Positions 47,500 through 62,070 of a stretch of 64,000 nucleotides of DNA are shown here, in pieces (position 1 is the stretch's first letter; each line of letters begins with the position of its first letter). The notes under the pieces were generated by a model. That model did no database searches. It was not told where the DNA came from and saw only the letters and a program-made list of their open reading frames with translations. The DNA comes from Aplysia californica (taxonomy: Eukaryota), in the NCBI RefSeq assembly GCF_000002075.1, contig NW_004798162.1, positions 117,077 to 181,076 on the forward strand, given 5' to 3'. The position numbers and the translations under genes are program-made.

Positions 47500-47700
47500 A
47501 ATTGACAACCCAGTCTCTAGTGAAAAAACTTGTTTTCCACAGATCCTTCAGGCCCCCATAGAGTTTGGAGTCGCTCTCCCTAGGGTTGGGGGCCAATATT
47601 TCTTTCCAAGTGCCTCGTGCATTTGGCAGGCTTGCAGCAGATGGTTCCCTGTTTGGTTGCCGGTTCTGCACTGACATTACTTCTGAAGCAGATGAACTGA
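47500..47700 (-). mobile_element. Degenerate LINE ORF2 C-terminal fragment (zinc knuckle)
   Basis: One minus frame reads CQCRTGNQTGNHLLQAC...KKYWP (CCHC knuckle). After a frameshift it reads SKLYGGLKDLWKTSFF, resembling recalled C-termini of I/Ingi-group non-LTR elements. Confidence 0.55.
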
Positions 47701-49532
47701 AATAGCAAAATGTGGCTGGGGGGTACACAATATCTAGCCATCACGTGCGTGGGAACCTGGGAGCATCATTCACTGATCTAACCTTAGCAGCTGATTTTTA
47801 CGAAGATGCACATTTAATTTCATATCTAGATTTTTTTTTTCAGGCAAAGGGACATATTCAGGACCATCATCACTATCACTGACTGGGGATCATATAATTT
47901 TTTTTAAAATATTGTGACTACACCTTTTTCTCTTTCTGCTTTTATCAACTGAAAATATCACACAGCTGGTGTTCTTGTAAGATGTAGCAGGGTTTTTTTT
48001 ATCTTAACTTTGGAACTTTTTAAGCTTAAGAATTCCGGTTTGAATTAACAGGAACAGAAATGGCTGTAACTTTCAATTACTATTACTGAACCCATGGTAA
48101 CAACAGTTGCATTGCTTGAATGAAACAAACCGATGTTTCAAAAAAGAAAAAAAATATCACAAAAGTTGCAATGACAGTTTTCAGTCATTTTATCTAAGAT
48201 TGACTATTACTATTACCATGGCTTTTTTTTTTCACAAAGTAAAATCAAATAGGCAGCTTAAGTTGGGAAAAAATTTAATGTAGATGTTTTACATCCCAAC
48301 TAATATAAATTAGATCATTTAGGAGGCAGACTACTTCACTCCTGCCTGTCAGGGCCAACCCCGGGCTCAGCGGGACAAAATGTCTAAGCAGACAGAGATA
48401 CCTGATATAAAAAACATCCCCATTCAGGTAACAAACTCACGCCTTCAGCGTTCAAAGGCAAAGAGCCTTACCATTGCACCACAAAAGCCAGAAGTGCTGG
48501 TTAAGTTGTCATTTTGCACACAGTACATCATTCCAACGGAGGCATGAGCAAAAGAGAAGATCTTTTCTTAAACATATAATTTTCAAAAATAAAATCGATG
48601 AGCACACTGTCTTAAATTAGACTTTCTTTATGCAATGTTCATGGAAAACTGCATTCACTTGTTTTGAAGGTGAAATTAACTCGGATACACAGTATCAAAT
48701 TCAGGTTTCAAACAAACAATGTCGTCTGTTCAAAAAACAAATAATTTCAAGTGAAGTCCAGAACACCAGAGATAACTGCACAACATAAATATTTCTGAAA
48801 AGTTTCAGACGAGAGACTTCTTCCAGTAATGAGTTTTTCAGTCAGGCCGATCTCAGAGAATTTTCAGCTACTTGAGAATATTTTCTTCACTCATTACAAA
48901 TTGCTTGTAAATTGAAAAGCAGAAAAATAAGTCTCAGACATATAATTTTGTCACCATAAACAAAGATGGGTGTTATATATCAAAAACAACTTGACCAATT
49001 TCAAATGAACATGTTTTCTTAAAACTGTAAACTGCATAAAAGTAAAAGGGGTTATGTTTGAGTGAGCAACATCCTCAGACATTTGTTGCATGTGGAGAGG
49101 AGTCACATGCCTCATTAAAGAGACTATAACAACAGACCTTGCCACTTTAAAAAAATCTAGAGACTACATCTTTCCTTGTACACCCATATATGAACAGTAC
49201 ACAGGTAAAGATTTATGTCTATTTGGTATCAGACGATTCATTGGATAGTTCTGACAATTTAAGAAAACAAATTGAAGTCTCTTTTATCAGGATTGTAGCA
49301 TTTCTCTTTAGACCTAAAGAAAACAGTCTCGAGTCTTCCCAAGGCAGATATTTTGGGACTTTTACTTTTATTCCGCCACAGAAACATCAAGCCAGTTTGG
49401 AAGCAGAGTTTGTCTGTTGTTTTTTTTACCGTCTTTTTTTACGAACCACCAACACAATCGTTACGGGGCAACACGACAGAGATGGAACAGACACCATCAG
49501 AAATATTTCACACACAGACCATCTTTGTTACA

Positions 49533-52500
49533 TCAGAGGTCTGAATCCCCGCCATCCTCAGGGTTGACTGTGATAAATTTGAGAATCATATCCTGAAGAG
49601 GGGTGCCCAGTTCAGAGAACATGAGATAATCTTGCAAAATGATGGGCATTTTCAGGTGCTGAATGGCAGTCCGGCAGTATCGGTTCTCCTTCCCAAGAGT
49701 GTGCACAATGACCCGGCGGCACCGATGAGACAGCAGGTTTGTTTTGTCTGAATAAAAAAAGCCAGAAAAAAACTTTTACAACATTATACACTTACAAACA
49801 CATTTACATCACACACCAGTTTTTTCTTTAAAAAATATCTCAATAAAAATTTTAAGGTATATTCATCAACTGTCAGATCTGAAACACTCACTTCTCTGTG
49901 CAGAGGCTCTCAAATAAAAAACCCTACATTACCCTCACCTATTCCTGACACATTTATTTTGTACATTTTAAAAAAGGAACCATGCAGACATGTTTTCTTA
50001 CAACAGACAGCTTTTCAGAAAGAAAAATAAATAAATAAATAAACAAACCACCTATCTTAAATTTCTTTCTTTTTTAAAGCGAACCATGCATACATTTTTT
50101 CCCCCAATAGACAGCTTTTCAGGAATTAAAAAAAAAACCCAACATTTCCACATATCGTTGATTGCTAACTTACTCTTGTCTGTATTATTTACGCAGAAAG
50201 GTTATGAGAAGGATAACTTTTCTGACATGCAGCCACATACCGCTTCTAACGGTACTCTCGATATAGTGAAATATTACGTTCTCATAGGAATTGATTTCCC
50301 TTTTTTTCACCGAACAGCAGTTGAAGGGGCCAGCTCTTTTCTATTTTAGAACTGCCAAAGGATTTGTAACGTGGGAATCTCACACATGGGAGCCTCCAAA
50401 ATTGTTCATCCTTATTTGAGAAGACTTGGTGCTCAATCCTACTAACCCTCGGGTCAGGAGTTGAAAAAACATGAGAAAAAATGCGACGCTGGCGATCAAA
50501 CTCTGGATCTCCAGGTTGACAGGTAAACACCATACCTGTTGACAGTTGAGCTACTAAACCCCAATGTGTATTTCTCTGACCCAGTGCACCATGTGAACAA
50601 AGGACACTGCGAGATCCTGCGGTCAGACTCCAAACCTTCCATAATGATAAATAGTAAAAGCAGTAGCTCAATTATAAACCAGCAGGTACTGGTACATTAA
50701 AATTAAAGATGTCTTTGGTAGTGACTAGACTAACAATGAGTTTTTTTATGAATGATGACTCGTGCTATACAGTATTGCTATGGTTGATGGAAACAGTATG
50801 AATGTGTGCATGCATGTGTTTAAGCATGTGTGAGTGTGTATGTGTGTGCGTACATGAGAGTGTGTGTGCATTAGTGTGTGTGTGTGCGTTCATGAGGGTG
50901 TGCATGTGTGTGTGTGTGTGTGCGTGTGTGCCCGTGTGCCAGTGTGTACACAAATGCATGTGTGAACGGATTGGTTGCTCTGTGAGAGTTATATCTCCAC
51001 AGTGAGGTAAATTACTTTTAAATACATTCCTTCTATGGTCTTCATAAAATGACTGAAAAAAATTGAAATGCTCCTCACCTGATATTGTTTGTAATTTTTT
51101 CCTGTCCCCTTCCTCAAAGTGAGAGAGAATGTGTCTGGGCAAGCAAGCGTGGTCACTGATATACATCAACAATGCCAACACGGGCACCAAGTTCTCCTTC
51201 CGATGAAACATGTGAAACATGAGTCCAAACAAGTTTGTGATAGCAGGGCTGTTGGCATTTTCCCCGTTCAAAGGGTCATTGATGTCGAAGAGCGAATGCG
51301 ACTCGGCCCCGGCGAGGAAAAGCTGCCAAATAAAGAAAATCTGAAAGTTTGGCTGCCGCGAGTTGCGAACAATCATCGTCGTCAAGTCACGTTCGAGGTC
51401 CTTCTGAAAGGCCATGAGCATTGCCACGTTACCCGTCACGTTTTTGTGGTAGATGTTTGGCGAGGCACGATAACGCAACAGAAGCTGGAACAAGGGGACG
51501 TTATTGGTCCACAAGGCCACCAACAAAGGAGGTAACTCATCCTCATCGGAGGAGTTGGGCAGCACATTGTTCTTCAGCAAAAACTCGGCACCATTGGGCG
51601 GCCAGTCTGCTTCCAGCAGACACAGTAGGGAGCACTTGCGGGCAGGAACTAAGACACTGGCCAGGTGGCCTAGTTCCTGCAGAAGGTACGAGGGCAGAGT
51701 GCAGATTCGAGTCACCGGGAGACGGGCAGCCAGTAGCTTCAGGATGGTAGTGTCTGTGTGACGCAGAGCCTGGACCAGAGGGTGCATCCCGTCAAAGTCT
51801 CGCGTCAGGAACACAGTCATGTCTGTGTGCTGCAGCAGAAGCTCCACACACCTTTAACAGAGCCACAAGATTTGATTGAATGAGAAGCACATTATCAACA
51901 TGAGAATGGTCAAAGAGATGATGATGTTTGTCTGAGTAAAGAGGAAAAAGATTGACACAAAAAGTTATTTGATGTGAGGAAAAAGAAAGATTGACAGACA
52001 GAAACAAAAGAAAGAAAGAAAAGAAATAGTACCTAATAGTGGCACCCTTCAATCACCTGCTCAAAAAGATGAAAAACGCAAAACAAAGAGACAAACATAC
52101 ATGTGTAGCAAAGAAAGACCTTCAGAGGCATTCTCCAACCACCTACACAGTGAAGCAAGAGTTGGAACTATAGACTGCAGAGAGTCAGGATGATAAAAAA
52201 ATACTGTCAATACAACTGACCATACAACATTGTCTTCTAATAACCAGTGAAATGTCAGAGTATCATTTATAAATATGGGTCTTCAGCATTTGAAGTTTCA
52301 TTAATTACTACACGATAGGTAGTGCAGTCGAACCTGCTATAATCGCCACCAGTCCATGACAATCACCTGTATGAATGGCCATTTCCCGCTTCCCCCTTGT
52401 CTTTCTTTCCGTATTATAATGACACCAAGACATCCACCTGTCTAAGACAACCACTTTTCTCCTTGACAATGGGTGGTGCCTTTAACAACTTTGACTCTAT

Positions 52501-55500
52501 TCGACATAACCAAATTCATTTCTGAGACTGTTGATATAGACATGGAGGAAAAGATCTTCTCAACAATTGAGTTCATTGCTAGGTTAAAATATGACAATAG
52601 ACAACAATGTTATTTAATAAGGAAAAACATCACAAGCTGCAGCCTCCACTCACAAGTAAAGTCTTTGTTTAAATAAAAGCAAGATGGAACAAACACCAAA
52701 TTTAAAGATTTTACTTTCAAAATTTACCCACTCCTTACATCCATGCATAGACACCCCTCCAGTGTTCATTAAATCTGCCTGACATAGACATGCTTCTGGC
52801 ATACTGTACATATCAGTGTATAGGACTCCTGCACCTATAAGATGCAGGTAGACTTGGCAGCCGAAGTTTTGGTATAAATCATATTTTGTTCATCGGATAC
52901 GGCGCACAATTTTTTCAAGGAAAGCACAATGATTAAAAAATTGCTCGTTATATTTCTAGAAAGTCGAAGTAAAAGTAATACATTTAAGTTGCATGAATAA
53001 AAGGCCATTACGATTAAAAAGGTCTTTGATCTCATTATCATTCATCTCAATTGCATTATATGTCATGAAAGCTAAACAATTCGTGAGTTTGCTCCCTTAG
53101 TGTCCTACACCTCCCCCCCCCACCCTTTTTCACCTGAGCTTTTTTTAAAATCTAATCTCATATCTCATAGATTAGACAGAGAGCCCCATGAAAGTCCCAA
53201 TTTCTACACAAGAAGTTGCTCCCGATATGCGATGATATACTGTACACACCCACTCTCCCCCAAACGTGAGTGGAACCAAGCCAAGGCTATATCTCACTAG
53301 ATGTTCCCATATAAACGTGAAGTAAAACAACCCTCAAATTGAGAGGTCTGTAGCATTTCACAGTGCTCTTTATTTCATTGAGGATGCGCATTCGGGTCAT
53401 TTGACGAAACTCAAACGACACAATATTTTGGGACACTTTAAAAAAGGCATAGCTTTGTTCTTACAGTTTCTTTCATTTCAGTTTTCTTTACCTGAAATTT
53501 AAAAAAAACAGGTTACAATGGGTATGCAATGAAATAAGCAAATTGCTGTTTCTGATTCGTGTATGATGGTTCGAAATGTGTCTCGATGTTACCTTTGGCT
53601 TGCTGCTGGTATGTGTTCACAACGCCCTTAAAGAGTTAAGAGTTGGAAAGAGGTAGTCGCACTTTAGGAGAAATAACATCACTTTCTTTTCCTTGCTCCT
53701 GCATTTCTTTGACTCCCAAGACCTTCAAGACCCTAAGAATCCACATTTCAAAAGCTTAGACTAGACCAAATAAAATATGAAGGTACATGATGAAGATATA
53801 GACTCACAAAGTTTCCAATTTTTTTTTCAGGTATTGTCGCTTCTAAGCTTTCCCAGGAAATATTTCATTTTTAGATGCTAGTTGACCCTTTCAGAACCAG
53901 ATACAATTGCCAGATTTTTATAAAAATGTGTCTAAAACCAAAAGGCGCCTACCTTGTGTGCCCACTGGACACAGCATACTGAAGTGGAATTGCGTTATCG
54001 CCGTTGTCAGCAATGTTAGCGTCTGCACCATGGTGAAGCAAGATTGCCACAATAGCATCATGGCCCTCCTGAGCCGCAATTAGTAACGGAGTGGCATTGT
54101 CAGTGGCCGCTGCATTCACGATGTGCATGCTGCCTGAGAATTGAAGCGTTAATCAAGTTATCTTCTTCTTCAAGTGCCACACTTGAAACAGACACCAGTG
54201 CTAATGGTTCGTCATTAATTTCTCTCCTCAGATGCTCTAAAAAAATATATATATATATTATTGTGGTCTTTTCTCGTCTCCTCACCCATCTATACCAATT
54301 ATACGTAATCAATTACACTGTATCATATTTAAAACCAATAATAAAACTATTCCTTAACCACTGACACTGAATACATAGAAGACCAACACTTTCTCAATCT
54401 CTCTTGAAAACACTCACACAAAACCATTGTAGGGCCACATCTTGACATACAACTACTTATTCCTCTCTTCAAATACACACACCAGCGTATAGAGAAGTAA
54501 ATCTATGAATTATACATTAGGCAATCAAGTGCAAGTGCCCTGTAAGCAGAGGGGACCACAGCTCAAAGAGTTAACCCTACACAATCTATTAACAAGAAAA
54601 ATAAAATTGGGTATGTTTGTTGGAGTAGAGAGAAGCACATCGGCATAACGGTCATTTAGTTCTGAGGAAAAAGTAAGACAGACAGTAACAACAGAGGGAA
54701 AGTAAAGAAATAGTACCTTACCAGTGACACCCTTCAACACCCACTTAACAATTAGGAATTATAACCTCTGAAAAACAAGGAAAAGCAAAGCAATATAGAG
54801 ATAAAGGTGACATAGCTAAATATTCCTTACCTCTGTCTTTCGCAACTTCAATCAGATTTCTAACACATTCTGTGTGGCCTTTGTGGGCCGCCAGGAACAA
54901 GGGAGACAAGTTGTGGTCAGCAAATACATCAATATCTGCCCCGTGCTGGGAAGGGGAGAAACAAAGAATTTGAAAAGTTTAATGACATTTTTAAATTCTT
55001 TCTCGTATCTTTCTCAAAGTAGCACCGGCCAAAGAAAAAAAATTGGAAGAAATGTCAAATCTTTATTCATCGAGAATATCAATTTGAATACAACATGTGA
55101 GACGTTTACGATTCAAATGAACAATAATCATAGAGTCTAACAGTTTACAGGACGGTCAGCACATTAAAGGCCACATTTTTCCAGGAACAGGCTATGCCAT
55201 GAAAACACTAAAAACGAGTAGGACAATACAATAACAGTCACAAATTGCATTTCAGTATATAATTTACAAAACTTAGCTACTTCATATTTTAAACAATGGC
55301 AGATCATATATATAAAGAGCAATTTTATTTTTAATAAAAATATTTTAAATTAAAAAATCCTTAGGAAAAGTGAATAGAAGGCAGAACACTACACTTAACA
55401 TAAACTTGAACTTTGAACTGTGTAAAACACCTGGAGCTGTGTGCACACAAGAGTTGGCGCTATAAAAATGATCAAAGTTCTTTTCACATAACAAGTAATC

Positions 55501-58500
55501 CTCACCTGCAGCAACATGTTAACACAGTAAGTGCTTCCTCTCTCAGCAGCCAGATGTAAGGCTGTGTAGCCAGTGTAGATCCTTGCGTTGACATCAGCAT
55601 CTTTTTTTATTAAAGTCTTAAAGCACTGATAGCTCTTGGAGTTCAAAGCTGCAGTATATATAAAAAAAAGAAGAAATGCAGCATGTTATTTGTGTTCAAG
55701 CTAATAGGACTAGACTAGGACATTAATTATCATACATCTGCTAAAAATTCAATTGTGTTGTGATACGAATTCATCAGAAATTATTCTAGCAATTTTTCTT
55801 GAATATTTAAAATAAGTTTTATAGAAATGAAAGGTCCATTTGAACCTAAGTACAGATCTGAATTCTTTAATCTAATTACTGAGCTTTAAAGAAATTCATT
55901 TACTTAACGTTAAGTTATTTTTTCATGAAACTACATAAAAGGTATGCAGAGCAACAAAAGAAATTCACACAGATTCCAAAACAGAGAAATTTTCTTCACT
56001 TTTCAACAACAAGTTGGCCTTGTTCCGACTAAAACTTATGTCGCTGTCTTTTAAAAAGCAGCCTCATACTGAGTACAGTTCAAGCTTTCAGGGGGTAGGG
56101 GGGGGGATGAAGTGCTAAACACACAGGCAAAAAATTGTACCTGAGGTAAAACAATTTCACTGAAAAACTGACTTTGGGCAAAGATATAATTTGTTGCATG
56201 GTATATTAACACACAATCTTTCTGTTGAAAGTAGTCCAAAAAAAAATTTTAAATAAACATTTCGAAAATGAGAAACTGTCTAACTTTACTTCAATAAAGT
56301 GAAGTAGAAAACATAACATATTTTCTTTTTTCTTGCAAAAGCGATGATATGCCATGGAAAATTTCCCTTCCACAATTAAGAATAAAACACCTGACAAATT
56401 TCACACTATCTTCATCTTTGATTTGCCAAATGTGACCACCTATTACTACTATTAGAGAAAATTCTACCCCTCCGGTGCAGTGCCACTGACTGTAGTGTCT
56501 TTAGGCCATTCCCAAAGGGGGGACATTTCTCGTTCAAGCATAGTAGAATTGTAAATGGGCTGACTCATGTCACACTCATAACTGTGCCTGGTCTACAACA
56601 GGGAACTGCTGCTTTTTCTTTCCTGACCCTTACTATTGTCATTTCCTCTACTTCTTTTGTATGTTTGTCACTCTCCTGTGACCTGCTATTTCCGGGATGC
56701 CTTGATAGTCGAAGCAGACCTTTTGCTGTTGAAGCTAGAGAGGTGAGCAGTCTAAGTCTGATTCCCTGTAAAGACTTCTCTGTTGACACCCACCCCTTGG
56801 CGCTCATATGACCTTATGCAGTTGCGAGCGCCGTAAAACCCTCTACTATAAATAATAAAGAGAAAATTCAAACCAGTGGCTTACACAATACAGCTTAATA
56901 CATTTTTAAAAACCCACACCAAACTGAAATATATCTATCTATAAATTCATCAAACAAGCATCTGACCTTCCCAGAGAGGAGTATATCCTTCATTTGTAGT
57001 GAAGTCCACATCAGCCCTAGCATTGATCAAGGCCACAACAGCATCACTCTGACCTTGGCGGGCGGCAAGAATGAGTGCTGTCTCCTTGGCATGGGTCACC
57101 CAGTCTGGATCAACACCGGCTGCATTGGAAAGTGAACAAATATTAAGCTAACTAATTAATAATTAACCTATCGATATTTTTTACATTTATGAGCTATAAA
57201 GTGATAACGCAAAAGTAGAATACCCAAATAGTTGTGTCTTTTTAAACATGGTAAAGCCAGGAATTAAGCATCAAAGAATGTGTTAACGCTTGTTCCCCCC
57301 CTCCTCTAACCTCCCCCCTCCCTTCATCCCTCCTTCTCTCTCACAAACACACTCAAGTGGAACAAAAATAAAAAATGAATCCTTCAGTGGTACGATGAGA
57401 CATTCTTCCAAATCTAGGGAGATTTTCAAATTTATAGCCACACCTTTGTCACATTTTCAATAACATAAATAGTAAATAACAAGATGGTCCACTCTGCCAA
57501 AAAAGTGTCCGCCGGAAGTCCACTCTTTGCTTCAGATGGCGCTTCAGTCTGTTTTGAAGCTCTCTTTAGTTTCTCCAGAAGAAAAATTGGCATAGCACCT
57601 CCTTGCGTGCGCAGATCGACTGCAGTTCACCAGCCGTTCGGGTTCATTCAGTGCGGAGTTTTAGTTGGGGTTTTTTTATATTTTAATGACCTCTCGCCTC
57701 TCATTCTAAAGTCAAATTAAACGAAGAAAACAGTTGCCACTTCCTCCGGAAGAAGTTTTTTGTCAGCGTAGCCATTTTAAAAAAGCTTTCTTCAGAAATG
57801 TTATTTCTTATTTATTGAAAAACGTGTTAGTTTCACTTTCATTTTTTTAACACAAGTAGGGTAACTCTGTTCGCAAAGGGTGCGCAATTGCGAAGAGGGT
57901 GCCACCGAATTTTGAGGACACTTTTTTAATTGGCTCAAAGAGAGGAGTGGGCCCTCTTGTTATGTAGACTCTTTGATTATAGTCTTCAATGACTTACGTT
58001 GACGAAGCAAAAATTCCAGACATCCAGTATTGCCAGCATGCGCAGCTTCATGAATTGGGCTCCAACCCCTGTTGTCAAACACATCTATCGGTCTCCCTGT
58101 GTTGATCAAAGAAAATAACAGGTTCACCTTCTATTGTGTACCTTTTTCATATTTCCTCCAGAAAAAAAAAGTAAGGAGATCAGAATCACGAATTCACTTT
58201 TAAGGAACGGCACTACTAAGACAGCAAAATTTACTTATGTACAGTTGAAATACAGTTTTGAGTGATTTCCTAGCGATAAAATAAAAATCTAATATTGATT
58301 CCTCTGGGGAAATTTGGTTCACAATGGCGTAACATGCAAAATAACATATACACAAATAACATTCATACTTAAACACACAGGCACACTGCAACCATGCCAT
58401 TGCAGGTCGTTACTGTGCTGCGCCCTTTCTTTTTTATCTAGGGTCATCGTAACTAGCTCAAGGACACATCTCAATGACCAGTTACTTTAAAGCCGTGTAA

Positions 58501-59894
58501 TAGACGTATGCTTGACATTTTATGCGAATTTTGAGCTCACTAACTACTCAGCCGCTGAAGAGCCCAGCGATTAACTAAAATATTCTGATGGACCTTTTTA
58601 TTCTTCAATCCCATTTGGTTGCCACAAGGGGTTAGACTGGGGTTTCAGTTTCAGGCCCATTAAATGTATGCAAAGGTTCAACCAGATTGAAAAAATGGAT
58701 TTTGAGAAATTATAATTATGTTAATCCCACCCCTAAAAATTCAACTTATGAGAAAAAATTTTCAAAATACTAGAATGGATTGTAGAAGTTTTTTAAGTGC
58801 AAATGCCAAAATTGAATATGTGTCAAGAGATAATTTCTGGCCAATGCTTAGAAAATTGAAGACCCTTAGCTTGTTCAGACCTATTTCAGTTCAACCCCAT
58901 TTGTACTCATTTTGCTGATGTGGGAACTAGATATCGATGTTTTCAGAGTATTTCACCGTAAGATGAAAAAAAAAAAATTCTACCATCAACTTGACCTCTA
59001 AAGCATGAATCGAAAGTCTCATCTCCCCTTTACTAAAACCAAAAATAAGGAAAAAAAGGAGCAAAAGTGTCAAATTTGGGATTCTTAAAAATTGATTTAA
59101 ACAAGTGACATAATTCAAAAACAACTACAAATTACTGGGGAAAAGCAAAACAGCCTGGCAGAAACAACAGAAATACCAGTATAACACCAGACAACTCATC
59201 GACAACTGACAATAGGAGAATTTCTCATAATCCTTATATAAATAAGTAGAAAGAGTTTGGGGAAAACAAGGAGTTACTTATACTCCACTAAATGAAGCTC
59301 ACTTAACAATCAACTATTACAAATTTTTTTTTTTATTATAATAATAAAAAAACTTGTATTTCTACGACACATTTTATCAATTTGCATGATAAATCACATT
59401 TGTCTACTATTGACATTCAATGATGTTCATAACGATATCTACGTCATCAATGTAGTCTTATGCCAGACCAACCAGTCCAAAGAATGCATAAAAGCCTTGC
59501 TAGTCGGAGCAAAAACAGATCAGAAAGGTACTTTGCATATTTTCCTTAATTCCTCAAACAGTAAATGCGTAGGCCTACTTAAGAATTTGGTAGATAATGG
59601 AAGTACAGTTATATGCTCATGTGTACAGAAATAGCAACCTTTGAACACCAACACACCAGCTCACTACTTGTCTTAAAGTTAAAAGGGACTGACAAGGTAA
59701 ATTTGAAGCCATAAGATCTTTCTGACATTAGGCAAGGACAAGATCATAAGCTTTTACTTCCTTTGAACCGATGACATAATAGTACATAACCTACCATGCC
59801 ACACCATTTCTTGCAGTCCAACCAGATCTCCCAATCTGGCTGCGACCCCCACAGAGCAGTACCTGTGGGGATCTTGTTGCAACTCAGTCTGCAT
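49533..59894 (-). CDS. ASB3: Ankyrin repeat and SOCS box protein 3 (Cullin5-ElonginBC E3 substrate adaptor), 8 coding exons, ~592 aa
   Basis: Minus-strand exons: 59894-59795 (MQTELQQDPHRYCSVGVAARLGD; exon acceptor at 59930, start Met inferred), 58096-57998 (GRPIDVFDNRGWSPIHEAAH), 57119-56967, 55648-55506, 54945-54831, 54133-53953 (ATPLLIAAQEGH), 51851-51079, 49747-49533 (SOCS box LLSHRCRRVIVHTLG..IQHLKMPIILQDYL, TGA). The N-terminus matches recalled human ASB3 (CSTVGLAAREG..GRSVDVADNRGWMPIHEAA). Confidence 0.88.
50800..50965. repeat. Degenerate (TG)n tract in the last intron of ASB3
   Basis: Directly visible; it accounts for the His/Thr tail of ORF 50765..51847. Confidence 0.9.
52325..52499. 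mobile_element. Degenerate Tc1/mariner-type MITE
   Basis: CAGTCGAACCTG...CAACTTTGACTCTA imperfect TIR, with internal repeated ACCACCTG/ACAACCAC-type motifs. Confidence 0.45.
56799..56860 (+). mobile_element. Retroposon 3' terminus, family B (hairpin plus AT-rich tail)
   Basis: GGCGCTC-ATATGACCTTATGCAGTTGC-GAGCGCC-GTAAAACCC then ATAAATAATAAA; a second copy lies at ~35045-35084. Confidence 0.6.
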
Positions 59895-62070
59895 GTGTGC
59901 TCCTTCACCTTCATAAAACAGGTGAGCAAACTGGAATACAAAACAAAATAAAAACATTCAATCTCCCTCAACAGCTTTATAGTTTCACTCACGTGGCAAA
60001 GAGTCAGAAACAGGAAAAGTTTCGTTCAATTAAAAGATCATCATCATTCAATGTGGAAAGTCAGTGTCATACAAACACTAGCTGCCCAGGTGCTTTAGCA
60101 CTACAATCTAGAGCTTCCACGCTTTGACCCTCATGTATTACTTTCGACAGTCAATACAGTCCCGACTAATTGAAGACAGTCTAGCTGTCACTACGTCTTT
60201 CGAATATCTATGAAAGTCTATGCCTAAACGCACGCCATACAAAAGCACGCTCGCCTCAAGCGCACATTTTGTCATATTTTGGGTTTTTCACTACATATAA
60301 TTTAAACAAACGCAGGATTACATCCTTTAAGCCCACACTTTGATCCGCTAAACATGCCGATATATGTTAATCTTGACAAAGGGAAATTTCGCGACAACCA
60401 ACACAAGTTACATAGTATAGACAAGTCTAGACAACAGGATATTAGGCGAGATGGCCCCTCATGCAGAACAAAAAGAGAGTGATGGAGAGCATTACACCTT
60501 ACTGTCCTTGGACACTTAGGGCTAGGACTGGGCAAGCAATGTGTTGGGGCGCTTGAGGAGGGGGGGGGGGGGGAGGGGGTGACTGTAATGTCTTTCATCT
60601 TTTAATTGGTCACTTTGATTAAAGATCAGTCAAGTCATCAGCAGTGCTCAACTAATAACATAAAAGCTCAACATATATATCAGTACAGTGAGTCGGTTTT
60701 TCCACTTAGATTAATATCATGCCTTTGTAGTAGTGCTGGGTGGAACCGGCACTGGGTGTCATATACCACTAGTACCTGTACTGGTACCGGGACTGAGAAT
60801 AGATGACTTCAGAGGCTCTACACCTACCAGAATAATATGGCCGCGGCTACTCGGACTTGAGTCTGAATAGCATCCCGTGGCTATTCGGACTCAAACTGAA
60901 ACTACAATGCGTGTGCGCATTCACCTGGTGTAAAGCGGAAGGCAATTCGACCTTGGCCTTCCTCCGTTCCTACGATCTGGCCAAAATTTTCGACACAAAT
61001 TTTAAGAAAAGTATTAGTGACGTCCAAAGTGAACAACAGTTGCAAAATCTGAAATACTTACACCTTACACACGCACACTCACTCACTAACACACACGGGC
61101 CACTCCATTCGCAAATTATCAACAAATCTTGAAACGAAAACCATTCGGAGAAACAGAGTTCAAGTTTTTTTCCCCCGAGCTTTCGGAGAAATAGAGCCGG
61201 CCTTACATTTATTTACTATCTACAGACTACTGGTCCTGGATCCACTCCTAACTTGATAGTTAGTTGATCGGTGACCTTGTAGTTCCGTTCGTTAAAGTCC
61301 ACCACCCATTTGTTTACATCCAGAAAAGAAATCAGGAAGTCTTATGACCAAATAGGCAACACAAAGAACAGGGATGCAACCTAACTGCAAAACATCAAAT
61401 ATGGTAAAATTCAGGGGGGCATGCACCTGAACCCCCTGCACCCCTGAACCACCTCCCCTCCATATAAAATTAGGTCAGAGCCCCCCTGAAATCCCCCTAC
61501 TCTGACTCTTGGTCTTGGGGCCCAAACCGGCGAATAATAATTGGGGGTGGGAACTGCTGAAAGAGGGCCATTCTTTGCTTGAATTTTGATTTTCTCCTCA
61601 GCCTCAACGATTATCTGGCAATTCAGGGTCTCTGGCAGTCAACTTTTGACTTTTGACTTTAATGAACGAAACTACAAAATCGCCAGTAGATCTAGATCTA
61701 GATCCTAGTTGACAGGTGTAGTGTAGCACCAGATCTATTATTCTAGAATCTAGAAGGAGATAGTATTAGAATCTATTATATATGTTGGGCGCGATCTGTC
61801 GATTTGCGCGATCCATCGATCGCGCAGCACATTTTGTTGATCGAGGAAACGCCCAACAAACCATCGATTGTTGCGCATTCTATTGATCAGCGGATCGCGC
61901 AGCGCTTTTTGTCGATCCATTTGGTTGCGCATTCTATAGATCTTACCCCTGAGTTTTGTTATGTTTTGTTGTCGCCCAGAGTGTAATTTTGTTTCACTCT
62001 CAAAAGTCAAACCGAAACTGAATGGAAGTAACTGGAAGTCAGGGTTACAATAATGAACTAATCTAAGTGA

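Noticed and set aside
50765-51078. His/Thr-rich C-terminus of the 360-aa ORF
   Set aside because: Read-through into an intronic (CA)n tract. The real exon ends at the donor at 51079 and splices to the SOCS-box exon.
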